33,338 nt of DNA, taken from contig JAFTCS010000235.1 in the NCBI GenBank assembly GCA_017454565.1, forward strand, positions 1 through 33,338, in the 5' to 3' direction. Source of the DNA: Clostridia bacterium (GTDB taxonomy: Bacteria > Bacillota > Clostridia > Oscillospirales > Acutalibacteraceae). The position numbers and the translations under genes are program-made. Under the pieces are notes generated by a model, which made no database searches, was not told the origin of the DNA, and saw only the letters and a list, made by a program, of their open reading frames with translations. This document shows, piece by piece, positions 1 to 8,571 of this stretch (the stretch's first letter is position 1; the number at the start of each line of letters is the position of its first letter).

Positions 1-93
1 ATGTTTCCGGAAACACACACGGCCGGATACGCTCCGACCGCTTGTTATTAACCGGTCAATTTGATCTCTTCAAGAGAATAACATTCAGTCAGA

Positions 94-1473
94 TCAAGCC
101 TGCTTGCAGTTAGCCTCAACGCCCTTGAGCTTAGCCATAAGGTCGTCGTCACTGATCTTGCCCTTTGCTGTTACAAGGTCGCCGCCGATTGAGCCTGCGC
201 CTGAACCCCAGTAAATAGCACCTACTGATGTGCCCTGAGCATGTGAGAAAGGTCTCTGGTCGTCAATAGCCTTGAATGCAGGATCGTTCTTTACCTTCTC
301 GTCAGCTGCTGCTTCCTTGTTGGTAGGAATAAGACCTCTGGTCTCATATCTCTTGAGCTGTGAATCCTTGCTGCTGAGGAAGAAAGCAAGTGTCTGAGCA
401 GCAAACGGATACTCTGAATATACGTTTACGCCGATGAGCTTGTAGCCGCCGAATGAATCAAGCTGCTTCTCTTCGCCGTCCATAAGAACCTTCGGGAGCT
501 TGCAGGCGCCTGTGTTCTCTTCGCCGATCTCCTTCTTGATTGCAGGACCTTCCCATGTACCGATAACTGCTGCAGCAAGCTTGCCTTCTGCAAAGCCCTG
601 TGCTACGAATGCGTTGTCACCGATCTGTCCGGGTGAACCGAGGAAACCGTTATCCTGGTTCTCACAGATGTGAGCCATAGCCTTTGCAGCTGAGAGACCC
701 TGAGCTGTGCCGAGAGTAGCGGTCTGAACCTTGTTCTCATACTTGATTGTGCAGCCTGCTGTGAAGAAGAAGCCTGTGCTGTACCAAGCGTTGCCCATAT
801 CGAAGAATACGTTCTTGCCGGCAGCCTTAGCTGTCTCGATCATCTTATCCATGCTCTCAAGAGCAGACTCATCAGTAAAGACTCTCTTGTCATAGTACAT
901 GAAGTAACCGTTATCAGAGGTCTTGGGGAATGCATAGAGCTTATCGCCGAGTGAGCTTACAGCGATAGCCTCTTCGCTGTTATCGTTCTTAACGTTTGTC
1001 TCATAGTACTTAGCAACAGAAGCGATAGCACCGTTCTGCTGGAGAGCTGTCAGCTGGTCATCAGCAAAGCTGAATACGTCGCCGCCCTTCTTAGCGTTCT
1101 CGATGATAGCGCCGCCGGCTTCGTCCTCACCCTTTGTAGTGGTCTTGATCTTGATCTCGAGACCGTCACCCTCAAACTTCTCTTTGAATTCCTTAACGAG
1201 TGTCTTCTCAAATGCGAGGTCATCGCCTGCGCACCAAAGAACCAGCTCAACCTTGCCGTCCTTAGCCTCTTCCTTGATCTTGCCCTTGATGAAGTTGATC
1301 GTTTCAGCATCGGAAAAATCAATTGCAGTTGCCTCTTCCTTAGAGGTGGTCTTGGATGTAGGTGTGCTGGGTGATCCGGGCTCGTTGTCAGAACCGCCGC
1401 ATCCTGCAAGAGCTGTAACTGCCATCATTGCAGTGAGAATAAGAGCAACGACCTTTTTGGATTTACTTGCCAT
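94..1473 (-). CDS. ABC transporter extracellular solute-binding lipoprotein (carbohydrate-type SBP)
   Basis: 459-aa ORF. N-terminal signal peptide with lipobox LAGC, followed by a Ser/Thr/Pro-rich linker. Size and composition are typical of family-1 sugar-binding proteins. No permease or ATPase partner is visible in the window. Confidence 0.75.
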   Translation of the reverse strand: MASKSKKVVALILTAMMAVTALAGCGGSDNEPGSPSTPTSKTTSKEEATAIDFSDAETINFIKGKIKEEAKDGKVELVLWCAGDDLAFEKTLVKEFKEKFEGDGLEIKIKTTTKGEDEAGGAIIENAKKGGDVFSFADDQLTALQQNGAIASVAKYYETNVKNDNSEEAIAVSSLGDKLYAFPKTSDNGYFMYYDKRVFTDESALESMDKMIETAKAAGKNVFFDMGNAWYSTGFFFTAGCTIKYENKVQTATLGTAQGLSAAKAMAHICENQDNGFLGSPGQIGDNAFVAQGFAEGKLAAAVIGTWEGPAIKKEIGEENTGACKLPKVLMDGEEKQLDSFGGYKLIGVNVYSEYPFAAQTLAFFLSSKDSQLKRYETRGLIPTNKEAAADEKVKNDPAFKAIDDQRPFSHAQGTSVGAIYWGSGAGSIGGDLVTAKGKISDDDLMAKLKGVEANCKQA

Positions 1474-2105
1474 AATTAATGACCCTCTTTCTTAAAAATT
1501 TTGTTTGCACGCACACGTGCCTATGGCGTAAAACGTCTCTGACTTTCCGTTTTTTGGCAACACAAAAAAGTCCGACATACTCCGCCGCTGTAATAATAAT
1601 AGCACAGCATTCGTGCGATTTCAACAGTTCATCGTCAATTTTATCAGTATCAATAAATGTCGGTATTAATTTTTATAATATAACACAACATATTTTTGCT
1701 ATTTTGTGGTTTTGCATATTTTTTATATATATTACTGTCAATTATGCACATTTTTAATTTGTGTAATTTAACGATAGGCGTTTTACAACTTTATTTATTT
1801 TACCTCACAGCAAGCAATCTTTATGTAAATATTTTTCTAATATAGAATATTTTTTTGAAAAGTATCAGAAAAACTTGTCAAAATATACAAAGAAAAACCG
1901 GCGCTCCTTTTCATTTTTCTGTATAAGATTTCACACATTATTTTGTGCAATAATCGTAAAAATAATTGAAAAATTTAAAGCTTCAATATACAGCTTTGTG
2001 CTATTTTCTGTTTTGCCATTCTATGGTTTTTTCATTGCAAAGCATACCGTTTCAGGCCTTTGCGGAGGGCAGCGCCCTCCAGACCCGAAAAATTTTAAAA
2101 CAGCT

Positions 2106-2777
2106 TTATACTGCAAGCCTTATGACCGCGGTGAGAATCAGCACAGCGCCGGCCGCCAGGGCAAAAAGCTCCGGCTTTATCCTGCCGATTCGCCTTACGG
2201 AGCCTGCAAGCTTCTCGCCGCCCCACAGAAAAACAAGCTGAAACACCCCGCACAGCAGCGGAATGAATATAGCTTCACCCGCACACACTCCCGCGCCCAG
2301 ACCGGCCGCAAATGAATCCGCCGAAAGCGCCGCACCTATCATAACCGCTTCACGGCAGTCGATGGTCTTTGAACCGTCAGTGTCACAGTCATCGGCATCT
2401 CCTATCATCCTTACGGTATCCGTTATCATGCTGTGTTCGGGGCGCCTGAGGTCTGCATGCCTGTCTTTATCTCCTTTTTTTGATTTTCCGCCGCATGCAC
2501 GTTTTTTCAGAGTTTTTTTCAAGGCTCCCGCAGACATATATATTCCCAGGCAGATCATCAGTGCAGCTCCCGCAAGCTTACCGGCAAACGTCGGCACATA
2601 ACCGCGCATAAGCTCGCCTGTGAGTACGGCAGCACCCGTGACAGCCACCGACACGGCTAATATGACCAGTCTCGGCACCCTGCCGATACTTACGCCGCCC
2701 AATCCGCAGGATATCCCTATATTGAAAGCGTCTATGCTCAACGCCGCCGAAAGCAGAATAATTCCAATCAGCTCCAT
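2106..2777 (-). CDS. ytaF: YtaF/MntP-like (DUF204) sporulation-type membrane protein
   Basis: 223-aa polytopic membrane ORF. It has an internal duplication: LSIDAF near the N-terminus and LSADSF in the second half, separated by a charged loop. This matches my recollection of YtaF/MntP family proteins. Confidence 0.6.
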   Translation of the reverse strand: MELIGIILLSAALSIDAFNIGISCGLGGVSIGRVPRLVILAVSVAVTGAAVLTGELMRGYVPTFAGKLAGAALMICLGIYMSAGALKKTLKKRACGGKSKKGDKDRHADLRRPEHSMITDTVRMIGDADDCDTDGSKTIDCREAVMIGAALSADSFAAGLGAGVCAGEAIFIPLLCGVFQLVFLWGGEKLAGSVRRIGRIKPELFALAAGAVLILTAVIRLAV

Positions 2778-2921
2778 TTTCTCAACTCCCGTACATAATA
2801 TGCCGGAAAGCTTTGGCAGGTGAGCGGCTGTACGGTCATAAAAGCCAAAACAGGGTTATATATATTAGGGAAACAGGCAAAAGACATTGAACGTTTTCAG
2901 AGAATTGGAGAGTGAACAGCA

Positions 2922-3107
2922 ATGGAATGGCACAGCATTACCGGCAGAGAATGTGCGCAAAGGCTCGGCACAGACGTTAAAAACGGCTTGTCAGACAAAG
3001 CTGCCGCTGACAGACTTGCAAAATACGGCAAAAACCGGCTCGATCAGAAAAGAAGAACGGTATCATACGCAAATTTCTATCACAGTTTGCCGACTTCATG
3101 GTGCTGA
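2922..3107 (+). pseudogene. N-terminal fragment (Cation_ATPase_N region) of the P-type Ca2+ ATPase, out of frame with the main ORF
   Basis: MEWHSITGRECAQRLGTDVKNGLSDKAAADRLAKYGKNRL is the typical N-terminus of PMCA/SERCA-like bacterial ATPases. RBS GGAGAG lies upstream of ATG 2922. The frame changes in the run CAGAAAAGAAGAAC at about 3045-3058. Confidence 0.75.
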
Positions 3108-5551
3108 TACTTTTAGCCGCAGCGGGCGTCTCGTTTGTGACGGCCTGCATAAGCGGAGAGGATTTCACCGACCCGATAATGATACTGCTCATAGTCGTGC
3201 TGAACGCGGTCGTGGGCACCGTTCAGGAGTGCCGTGCAGAGAGCGCTATCGACGCACTGAAAAAGCTTTCTTCGCCCCATGCAAGGGTCATCAGGAGCGG
3301 CAAGGCTCAGACTATTCCCTCTTCTGACGTTGTACCCGGCGATATCATAGAGCTGAACACAGGGGATCTTATTCCAGCGGATGCAAGGCTGCTTGAAAGC
3401 ACAGCCCTCAGCGTTGAGGAATCATCCCTTACCGGTGAATCCGTGCCGGCGGATAAATGTCACGACGCCGTTTTAGGCGGGAACACTCCTCTGGGCGACA
3501 GGACAAACATGGTATACTCATCAACAATAGTTTCATCCGGTCACGGAAAAGCCGTAGTCACAGAAACAGGAATGAACACCCGTGTAGGCAAAATAGCCGA
3601 AATGATCGACAGTGAGGAAAGTCCTTCTACCCCTCTGCAGAAAAGTCTCTCCAAAACCGGACGGATACTCGGCATAGCAGCACTTTCTATCTGCGGGCTG
3701 ATATTCCTGCTGGGCATGCTGCAGAGCGTTCCACCTCTGGAGATGTTCATGATCTCCATAAGCCTTGCGGTCGCGGCAATACCGGAGGGACTGCCTGCGG
3801 TGGTAACGATAGTGCTGGCTCTTGGTGTAAGAAAGATGGCTCTTCACCGCGCGATAGTCCGGCACCTGCCCGCTGTTGAGACCCTCGGCTGCACCAGCGT
3901 TATCTGCTCTGACAAGACCGGCACCCTGACCCAGAATAAAATGACCGTCACCGCTATCTGCGACCCCGGCGGAAGCGTGAGCGCTCACTCCTCACAGGGG
4001 CAGAGGATACTTTCCCTTGCAGCCCTGTGCTGCAGCGGCAGTATAAGTGAAGAAGCCGGCAGATCCACCGCTTCGGGTACTCCCACCGAAAAAGCCATTC
4101 TCACCGCAGCCGCAGAAGCAGGTCAGCTCAAGAGCAGCCTTGATTCCCGTTTTAAACAGGTGCGCGAGATCCCCTTTGATTCCAAACGAAAACGTATGGT
4201 CACTATCCACTCGCTGCCAACGGGAGGATACCGCATTATCTCAAAGGGCGCTCCGGATATTCTTCTATCACTGTGCAGCAAAATGCAGCTTTCTTCGGGC
4301 AGCACGTCACTTTCACAGGCGGACGCAAAAAGAATACTGTCTAAAAACGAAGAGCTTGCAGGCAAGGCCATGCGTGTCATAGCCGTAGCCTTCCGGGACT
4401 GCCCCGCCATTCCCAAAAATGACGCCGAAACTGAAAAGGACCTGATATTCTGCGGGCTGATAGGCATGACAGACCCTCCCAGGCCGCAGGCAAAGGCAGC
4501 CGTGGCAGCCTGCAAAAAAGCAGGAATACGTCCGGTAATGATAACCGGCGACCATGTAATGACAGCTTCGGCAATAGCTGCCGAGCTTGGTATATGCTCC
4601 AAGGGCAGCAGCGCCATGACGGGCGCCGAGCTTGACAAGCTCTCACAAAAGGAGCTTGAGCAGCGTGTATGGTCATGTTCCGTATTTGCGCGGGTCTCTC
4701 CCGAACACAAGGTCAGGATAGTAAAGGCTTATCAGGCAAAGGGCGCAGTGGTCGCCATGACCGGTGACGGGGTAAACGACGCTCCCGCCCTGCGCTGCTC
4801 CGACATAGGCTGTGCAATGGGTATTTCCGGCACAGACGCCGCAAAGGGTGCCGCCGACATGGTGCTGACCGATGACAACTTTTCCACCATTGTTGAAGCC
4901 GTTGAGCAAGGGCGCGGTATTTTCTCAAACATCAGAAGAGTCATACACTTTCTTCTGGCCTGCAACATAGGCGAAATACTCACCGTACTCTGCGCTTTTC
5001 TGCTGAAGCTTCCCACACCTCTGCTTGCGCTGCAGCTTTTGTGGGTCAATCTGGTCACGGATTCAATGCCCGCCCTTGCTCTCGGCGTCGAGCCGGTTGA
5101 GGACGACATCATGGAAAAGCCGCCGTCAGATGACCGCAAGGGCATATTCAGCAAACACATGGTAATAAGCATGTTAGCTGAGGGCTGTCTTATAGGCGCA
5201 CTTGCTTTTCTTGCCTTTACCATAGGCAGAATTTTCTTTGATACCGGCGCCGAGCCTGTCATCGGAAGAACAATGACCTTTGCAGTGCTGAGTCTCAGTC
5301 AGCTTGTACACGCTTTCGACCTGAAAAGCGAGCACAGTCTTTTCAGAACAGGAATTTTCAGCAACCTGAAATTAGTCGGAGCGTTTATCATCGGCTGCAT
5401 TATGCAGATATCGGTAATATCGCTTCCGTTTCTCACCCCGATTTTCCGGACGGCTCCGCTTGACAGCATACAATGGCTTATAGTAATACTCCTGTCGCTT
5501 GCCCCGCTTGCATTAAGTGAATGTGAAAAGCTGCTGTCCGGCAGAAAATAA
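3098..5551 (+). CDS. yloB: Calcium-translocating P-type ATPase (YloB/PMCA-like), main ORF downstream of the frameshift
   Basis: 817-aa ORF with TGES actuator motif, PEGLPAV (TM4), DKTGTLT phosphorylation site and TGDGVNDAPAL hinge. In the same frame upstream of Met 3098 the sequence reads KKNGIIRKFLSQFADF, which continues the family pattern. Confidence 0.85.
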   Translation: MVLILLAAAGVSFVTACISGEDFTDPIMILLIVVLNAVVGTVQECRAESAIDALKKLSSPHARVIRSGKAQTIPSSDVVPGDIIELNTGDLIPADARLLESTALSVEESSLTGESVPADKCHDAVLGGNTPLGDRTNMVYSSTIVSSGHGKAVVTETGMNTRVGKIAEMIDSEESPSTPLQKSLSKTGRILGIAALSICGLIFLLGMLQSVPPLEMFMISISLAVAAIPEGLPAVVTIVLALGVRKMALHRAIVRHLPAVETLGCTSVICSDKTGTLTQNKMTVTAICDPGGSVSAHSSQGQRILSLAALCCSGSISEEAGRSTASGTPTEKAILTAAAEAGQLKSSLDSRFKQVREIPFDSKRKRMVTIHSLPTGGYRIISKGAPDILLSLCSKMQLSSGSTSLSQADAKRILSKNEELAGKAMRVIAVAFRDCPAIPKNDAETEKDLIFCGLIGMTDPPRPQAKAAVAACKKAGIRPVMITGDHVMTASAIAAELGICSKGSSAMTGAELDKLSQKELEQRVWSCSVFARVSPEHKVRIVKAYQAKGAVVAMTGDGVNDAPALRCSDIGCAMGISGTDAAKGAADMVLTDDNFSTIVEAVEQGRGIFSNIRRVIHFLLACNIGEILTVLCAFLLKLPTPLLALQLLWVNLVTDSMPALALGVEPVEDDIMEKPPSDDRKGIFSKHMVISMLAEGCLIGALAFLAFTIGRIFFDTGAEPVIGRTMTFAVLSLSQLVHAFDLKSEHSLFRTGIFSNLKLVGAFIIGCIMQISVISLPFLTPIFRTAPLDSIQWLIVILLSLAPLALSECEKLLSGRK

Positions 5552-5561
5552 CAGAAAACGA

Positions 5562-5596
5562 GCCGGTTTCCCGTGAACATTACACGAAAAACCGGC
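5562..5596 (+). terminator. Hairpin downstream of the ATPase stop (possible terminator, no T-run)
   Basis: GCCGGTTT (5562-5569) pairs with AAACCGGC (5589-5596) across a long loop. There is no U-tract, so the terminator function is uncertain. Confidence 0.3.
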
Positions 5597-5613
5597 CCAT
5601 TATGAGTGCATTA

Positions 5614-5697
5614 AATGTTGGGACGCTGTCCCAAACCCTGCTAAGGGGCTTCTCGCCCCTTAGAATCCTCGGCAGGGACGCTGTCCCTGCACCCGTC
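5614..5697 (+). repeat. Type-1 triple-hairpin GC-rich intergenic repeat
   Basis: Three perfect palindromic stems: TTGGGAC-GCT-GTCCCAA (5618-5634), CTAAGGGGC-TTCTC-GCCCCTTAG (5641-5663) and GCAGGGAC-GCT-GTCCCTGC (5672-5690). A related copy lies in inverted orientation at 8572-8627. Confidence 0.8.
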
Positions 5698-5769
5698 ATA
5701 AAAAAACTTCAGTCAACATCACAGTTATTCTATTATTATTTTGGACAGCAATAATTATTTAATTGATAA

Positions 5770-5862
5770 AAACAATAAAGTTTCGCTCAAGCCTTTTCAA
5801 AGGCTTGCGGTTTCCAAAGGCAGAGCCTTTGGTCAGGAGATTGGGGGCTGAAAGCCCCCGAA
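5770..5862 (+). repeat. Type-2 multi-hairpin intergenic repeat
   Basis: AAAGTTTCGCTCAAGCCTTTTCAAAGGCTT..CCAAAGGCAGAGCCTTTGG..GGGGGCTGAAAGCCCCC. The first two modules recur at 21293-21343 and the first module at 31406-31436. Confidence 0.8.
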
Positions 5863-5866
5863 GCTT

Positions 5867-6169
5867 TTATTGACCGTCTGCGGTGGCATGAGTTTCCTGA
5901 GCCTCTGCCGCCGATTTCTTTTCCTTCATTGACTTGTCTACATAGTAAACGATAACCGTAACTATCAAGGCAACTGCGGAAACTATCCTGAGTATCCATC
6001 CATAGCTGCCCGCCAGCATATCTGACGGTACCAGCTCGTCTGCCAGCCACCAGAATCCAAGATATACAAAATAGACAGACAGAACATATATTGCGGCACT
6101 TTCCCTTCTGAACTTACCCACCAGCATTGCAGACATCAGAAACCAAAGCACTGAATAGATATATCCCAT
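5867..6169 (-). CDS. Small integral membrane protein (100 aa), unknown function
   Basis: ATG at 6169 is preceded by AAAGGAG at good spacing. There are three hydrophobic segments and a charged C-terminal tail. The upstream part of the 137-aa ORF in the track lacks an RBS and overlaps the preceding gene. Confidence 0.6.
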   Translation of the reverse strand: MGYIYSVLWFLMSAMLVGKFRRESAAIYVLSVYFVYLGFWWLADELVPSDMLAGSYGWILRIVSAVALIVTVIVYYVDKSMKEKKSAAEAQETHATADGQ

Positions 6170-6182
6170 TTGAACTTCTCCT

Positions 6183-6503
6183 TTATTCCTTTTTCTTTTT
6201 GATCTTGTCCTTGATCTTATCGTTGGACTCAAAAAGTATCCTGAGTATGAAGATGACTCCAAGCACGATGAGACCCACATAATGGACCACCATCATAAAC
6301 GTGTTGTCGGGCGAGATCTGCCTGACAATATAATCCACTAACAGCCAGATTCCCTCAAACAAAAAGATAAGCGCAAAAGACCTGTAAAATTTGAAGGTCC
6401 TCATTTTCGGGGTGTACATCAAAGTAGCAACGGCCAGACAGACCGCCGCGGATATTACAGCAAGCAGCATAAGGAAAAGCACTCCTTCCGACTTTGCAGC
6501 CAT
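6183..6503 (-). CDS. Small integral membrane protein (106 aa; possibly 95 aa from Met12), unknown function
   Basis: Three hydrophobic segments plus a Lys-rich tail. It shares architecture and a W-L-x-D..P-(S/D) pattern with the downstream 100-aa ORF. An alternative start at 6470 has an AAGGAG upstream. Confidence 0.55.
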   Translation of the reverse strand: MAAKSEGVLFLMLLAVISAAVCLAVATLMYTPKMRTFKFYRSFALIFLFEGIWLLVDYIVRQISPDNTFMMVVHYVGLIVLGVIFILRILFESNDKIKDKIKKKKE

Positions 6504-6525
6504 TATTTCAGAATATTACATATTT

Positions 6526-6554
6526 ATTATACTTGTTATCTTTCAAAAATGCAA
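6526..6554 (-). promoter_or_regulatory. Sigma-A-like promoter for the two small membrane protein genes
   Basis: On the minus strand: TTGCAT, 17 nt, TATAAT (-35 at 6549-6554, -10 at 6526-6531). Confidence 0.5.
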
Positions 6555-6600
6555 GTACAAGAAAATAAATCGTGAATATTTCCTGAGTCCTGCTTTTCCA

Positions 6601-6631
6601 TAAAAACAGCGGACACCCTAAGATGTCCGCT
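6601..6631 (-). terminator. Rho-independent terminator of the DUF348/G5/3D gene
   Basis: AGCGGACA (6608-6615) pairs with TGTCCGCT (6624-6631). On the minus strand the stem is followed by GTTTTTA. Confidence 0.7.
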
Positions 6632-6655
6632 ATTTGTCAATGCTTTTTCAGCTTA

Positions 6656-7837
6656 TTACCATGCTGTAGCGATATCGAGCTGAGTAGGATTGTTGTAGAT
6701 GAATCCGCCTGTATCGCATACGATGCCGGCACCCAGAGATGTGGCAACGATTGTGCCTCTGGGTCTGATGCTGTAGTCAGCAGCTACCATTATGTAGTTA
6801 CCGAGCATCTTGCAGCCGTCATCTCTTACCCAGTAGGGATATTCGTCAGCGTCATAGCCCAGGTTTCTCATTACACCTACAACGCCTTCCATAGGCAGGT
6901 TGTAATATGTCTCAAGACCTGAAGGGCCATAGTAGATGCCGCTCATATTGGTAAGGTGGCCTGAGCCGGGATATGAATACTCGTAAGTGATCTTCGGCTC
7001 TTCCTTGGTGCCGTTGAGGATAACTGCGTCAACAGGCTCCTTTGTGACCTCGTTGCTTACTTCCTCGCTGGAAACAAACTCACCGTTAACATACTTTTCC
7101 TTGGTAACGATGGTGCGCTCGCCCTCAACGCCGTAAACCTCGGTCTCATACTCACCCTCGTAGAGAGTGTCGCTGTCCTTGTAGGTTGTCTTGTAGTCGA
7201 TCGTCTCAGTCTTTGTGACTGTCTTGAACTCAACGTTCTTGATCTCGATCTCCATGCCTTCCTTGACATTGGCATTTACGTCTACATCAATGAGGTCATT
7301 CTTGCCAAGCTCGATCTCAAGGAACTCAAGAGCGCTCTTTACAGAGCCAGCGGGAACGTACTTTGTAACCTTCTCGCCTCTTACGTCAACAGTGATCTGG
7401 AAACGTGCGAGCTTTATCTCTGTTTCACCGCCGTTAGACTCAATAGCCTGTGCAAGTGAGAAAGAATCGTTCTCGCTGAGTGTCATGCCTGCTGAAAGAA
7501 GTGAATCGGCAACTGAATTCTCGTCTACGGCAGCCTTGCTGTCTACAGAGGATTCTACATCAAAAGTTCTGATGATAGAGATGTTGACTCCGCTGCTCTC
7601 ATCGTCTGTACGTACGAGCTTGTCGTTCTGGCCAAGCTCAACGCCTGTCTTGGAAAGGATTGCTTCTGTATCTGGATTGATCGTATCGATCGTCACTTTT
7701 TCGTTTCCGTCTGTTACGGTTACCTTTTTTGTTAATGAGCCGACAGATACGGCCGCAGTCAGACATACAGCTCCCATGAGGACTATAGCCATTGCCTTTT
7801 TAAAGCCTGCGCTGTGGTTGTTCTTCTGTGCTTTCAT
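6656..7837 (-). CDS. yabE: Cell-wall-associated DUF348-DUF348-G5-3D domain protein (YabE/RpfB-like)
   Basis: N-terminal membrane anchor. Two VTV..G..V-type DUF348-like repeats. A G5-like block (TVTKTETIDYKTTYKDSDTLYEGEYETEVYGVEGERT). The C-terminal 3D/MltA-like region ends GIVCDTGG..IDIATAW. ATG 7837 has better GGAG spacing than 7843. Confidence 0.75.
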   Translation of the reverse strand: MKAQKNNHSAGFKKAMAIVLMGAVCLTAAVSVGSLTKKVTVTDGNEKVTIDTINPDTEAILSKTGVELGQNDKLVRTDDESSGVNISIIRTFDVESSVDSKAAVDENSVADSLLSAGMTLSENDSFSLAQAIESNGGETEIKLARFQITVDVRGEKVTKYVPAGSVKSALEFLEIELGKNDLIDVDVNANVKEGMEIEIKNVEFKTVTKTETIDYKTTYKDSDTLYEGEYETEVYGVEGERTIVTKEKYVNGEFVSSEEVSNEVTKEPVDAVILNGTKEEPKITYEYSYPGSGHLTNMSGIYYGPSGLETYYNLPMEGVVGVMRNLGYDADEYPYWVRDDGCKMLGNYIMVAADYSIRPRGTIVATSLGAGIVCDTGGFIYNNPTQLDIATAW

Positions 7838-7918
7838 TATCATTATCTCCTTCGACTTACCCGCTGTAAATTGTTTGTAACCTTTTCGGTTAGCGGGTGG
7901 TTTTTAGTTGATGGTGCT

Positions 7919-7947
7919 ATTATAAACCATTTCTTCGTGATTGTCAA
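7919..7947 (-). promoter_or_regulatory. Consensus sigma-A promoter upstream of the YabE-like gene
   Basis: On the minus strand: TTGACA (7942-7947), exactly 17 nt, TATAAT (7919-7924). The predicted leader of about 70 nt contains the hairpin ACCCGCT..AGCGGGT (about 7860-7897). Confidence 0.65.
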
Positions 7948-8514
7948 AAAAACAATCCGCAAGTTTTTGTGCATAACTTACAAAGCACTGCCAACTTTTG
8001 TCAGCGTTAGTGCAGTCAGATTGCACATTATCAAGAATTATTTTTCTGTATCAGAATTATAGTTATTTTTTTATGTGCAATTCGTAAAATCTTTTATTAC
8101 AAACTTGTTACAAATGGTTTTCAAGGTTGTTTTTATAAGTTTTATTCACAATTATCGTCATAAAATGCGCAAAACACTGATTAACAGCGGATTTTACATT
8201 TATTAAATTTCTTATTATTTTTCAGAAAAAGCACCTGAAAAACTTCGATTTTATTGAATTTACATCACATTTTCACAGATTTCAACACCTTATTATTTCA
8301 CAAAATCTTACACAGAAGCCCTTTTTATCGCATTTTTCGGCATGCTCTGTTCCTGTTTGTCAAATATTCCATAAAAGCTCCACAATTATACAAATTACAT
8401 GTTACTATTTATAGCCGTGGTTACAAACTTGAAATCTTTAGACATTGTTTTGTTACAAACTCTTTCTCATGTCTGTCATTCGTCTGCATCCGGCAAGCCA
8501 CAGATACTTTATTT

Positions 8515-8548
8515 ATAAACAAAATCCGGCAGGAAAATATCCTGCCGG
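8515..8548 (-). terminator. Rho-independent terminator of the cotH-like gene/operon
   Basis: CCGGCAGG-AAAATAT-CCTGCCGG (8526-8548), followed on the minus strand by ATTTTGTTTAT. Confidence 0.7.
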
Positions 8549-8571
8549 AAAATAGTATTATCAATAATAAT

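Noticed and set aside
1479-2315. Several 90-146-aa + strand ORFs in the AT-rich spacer and antisense to ytaF
   Set aside because: They have no RBS and low-complexity AT-driven or shadow-frame composition. The region is better explained as the promoter and leader region of the SBP gene plus the ytaF 3' end.
3533-5262. Multiple 70-195-aa minus-strand ORFs inside the ATPase gene
   Set aside because: All are antisense to a strongly supported P-type ATPase ORF and have Arg/Ser/Ala-rich shadow composition.
7850-7918. c-di-AMP (ydaO-type) or other riboswitch in the leader of the YabE-like gene
   Set aside because: The leader is only about 70 nt with one simple hairpin. I could not find the conserved ydaO core elements by eye. 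An Rfam scan would be needed.
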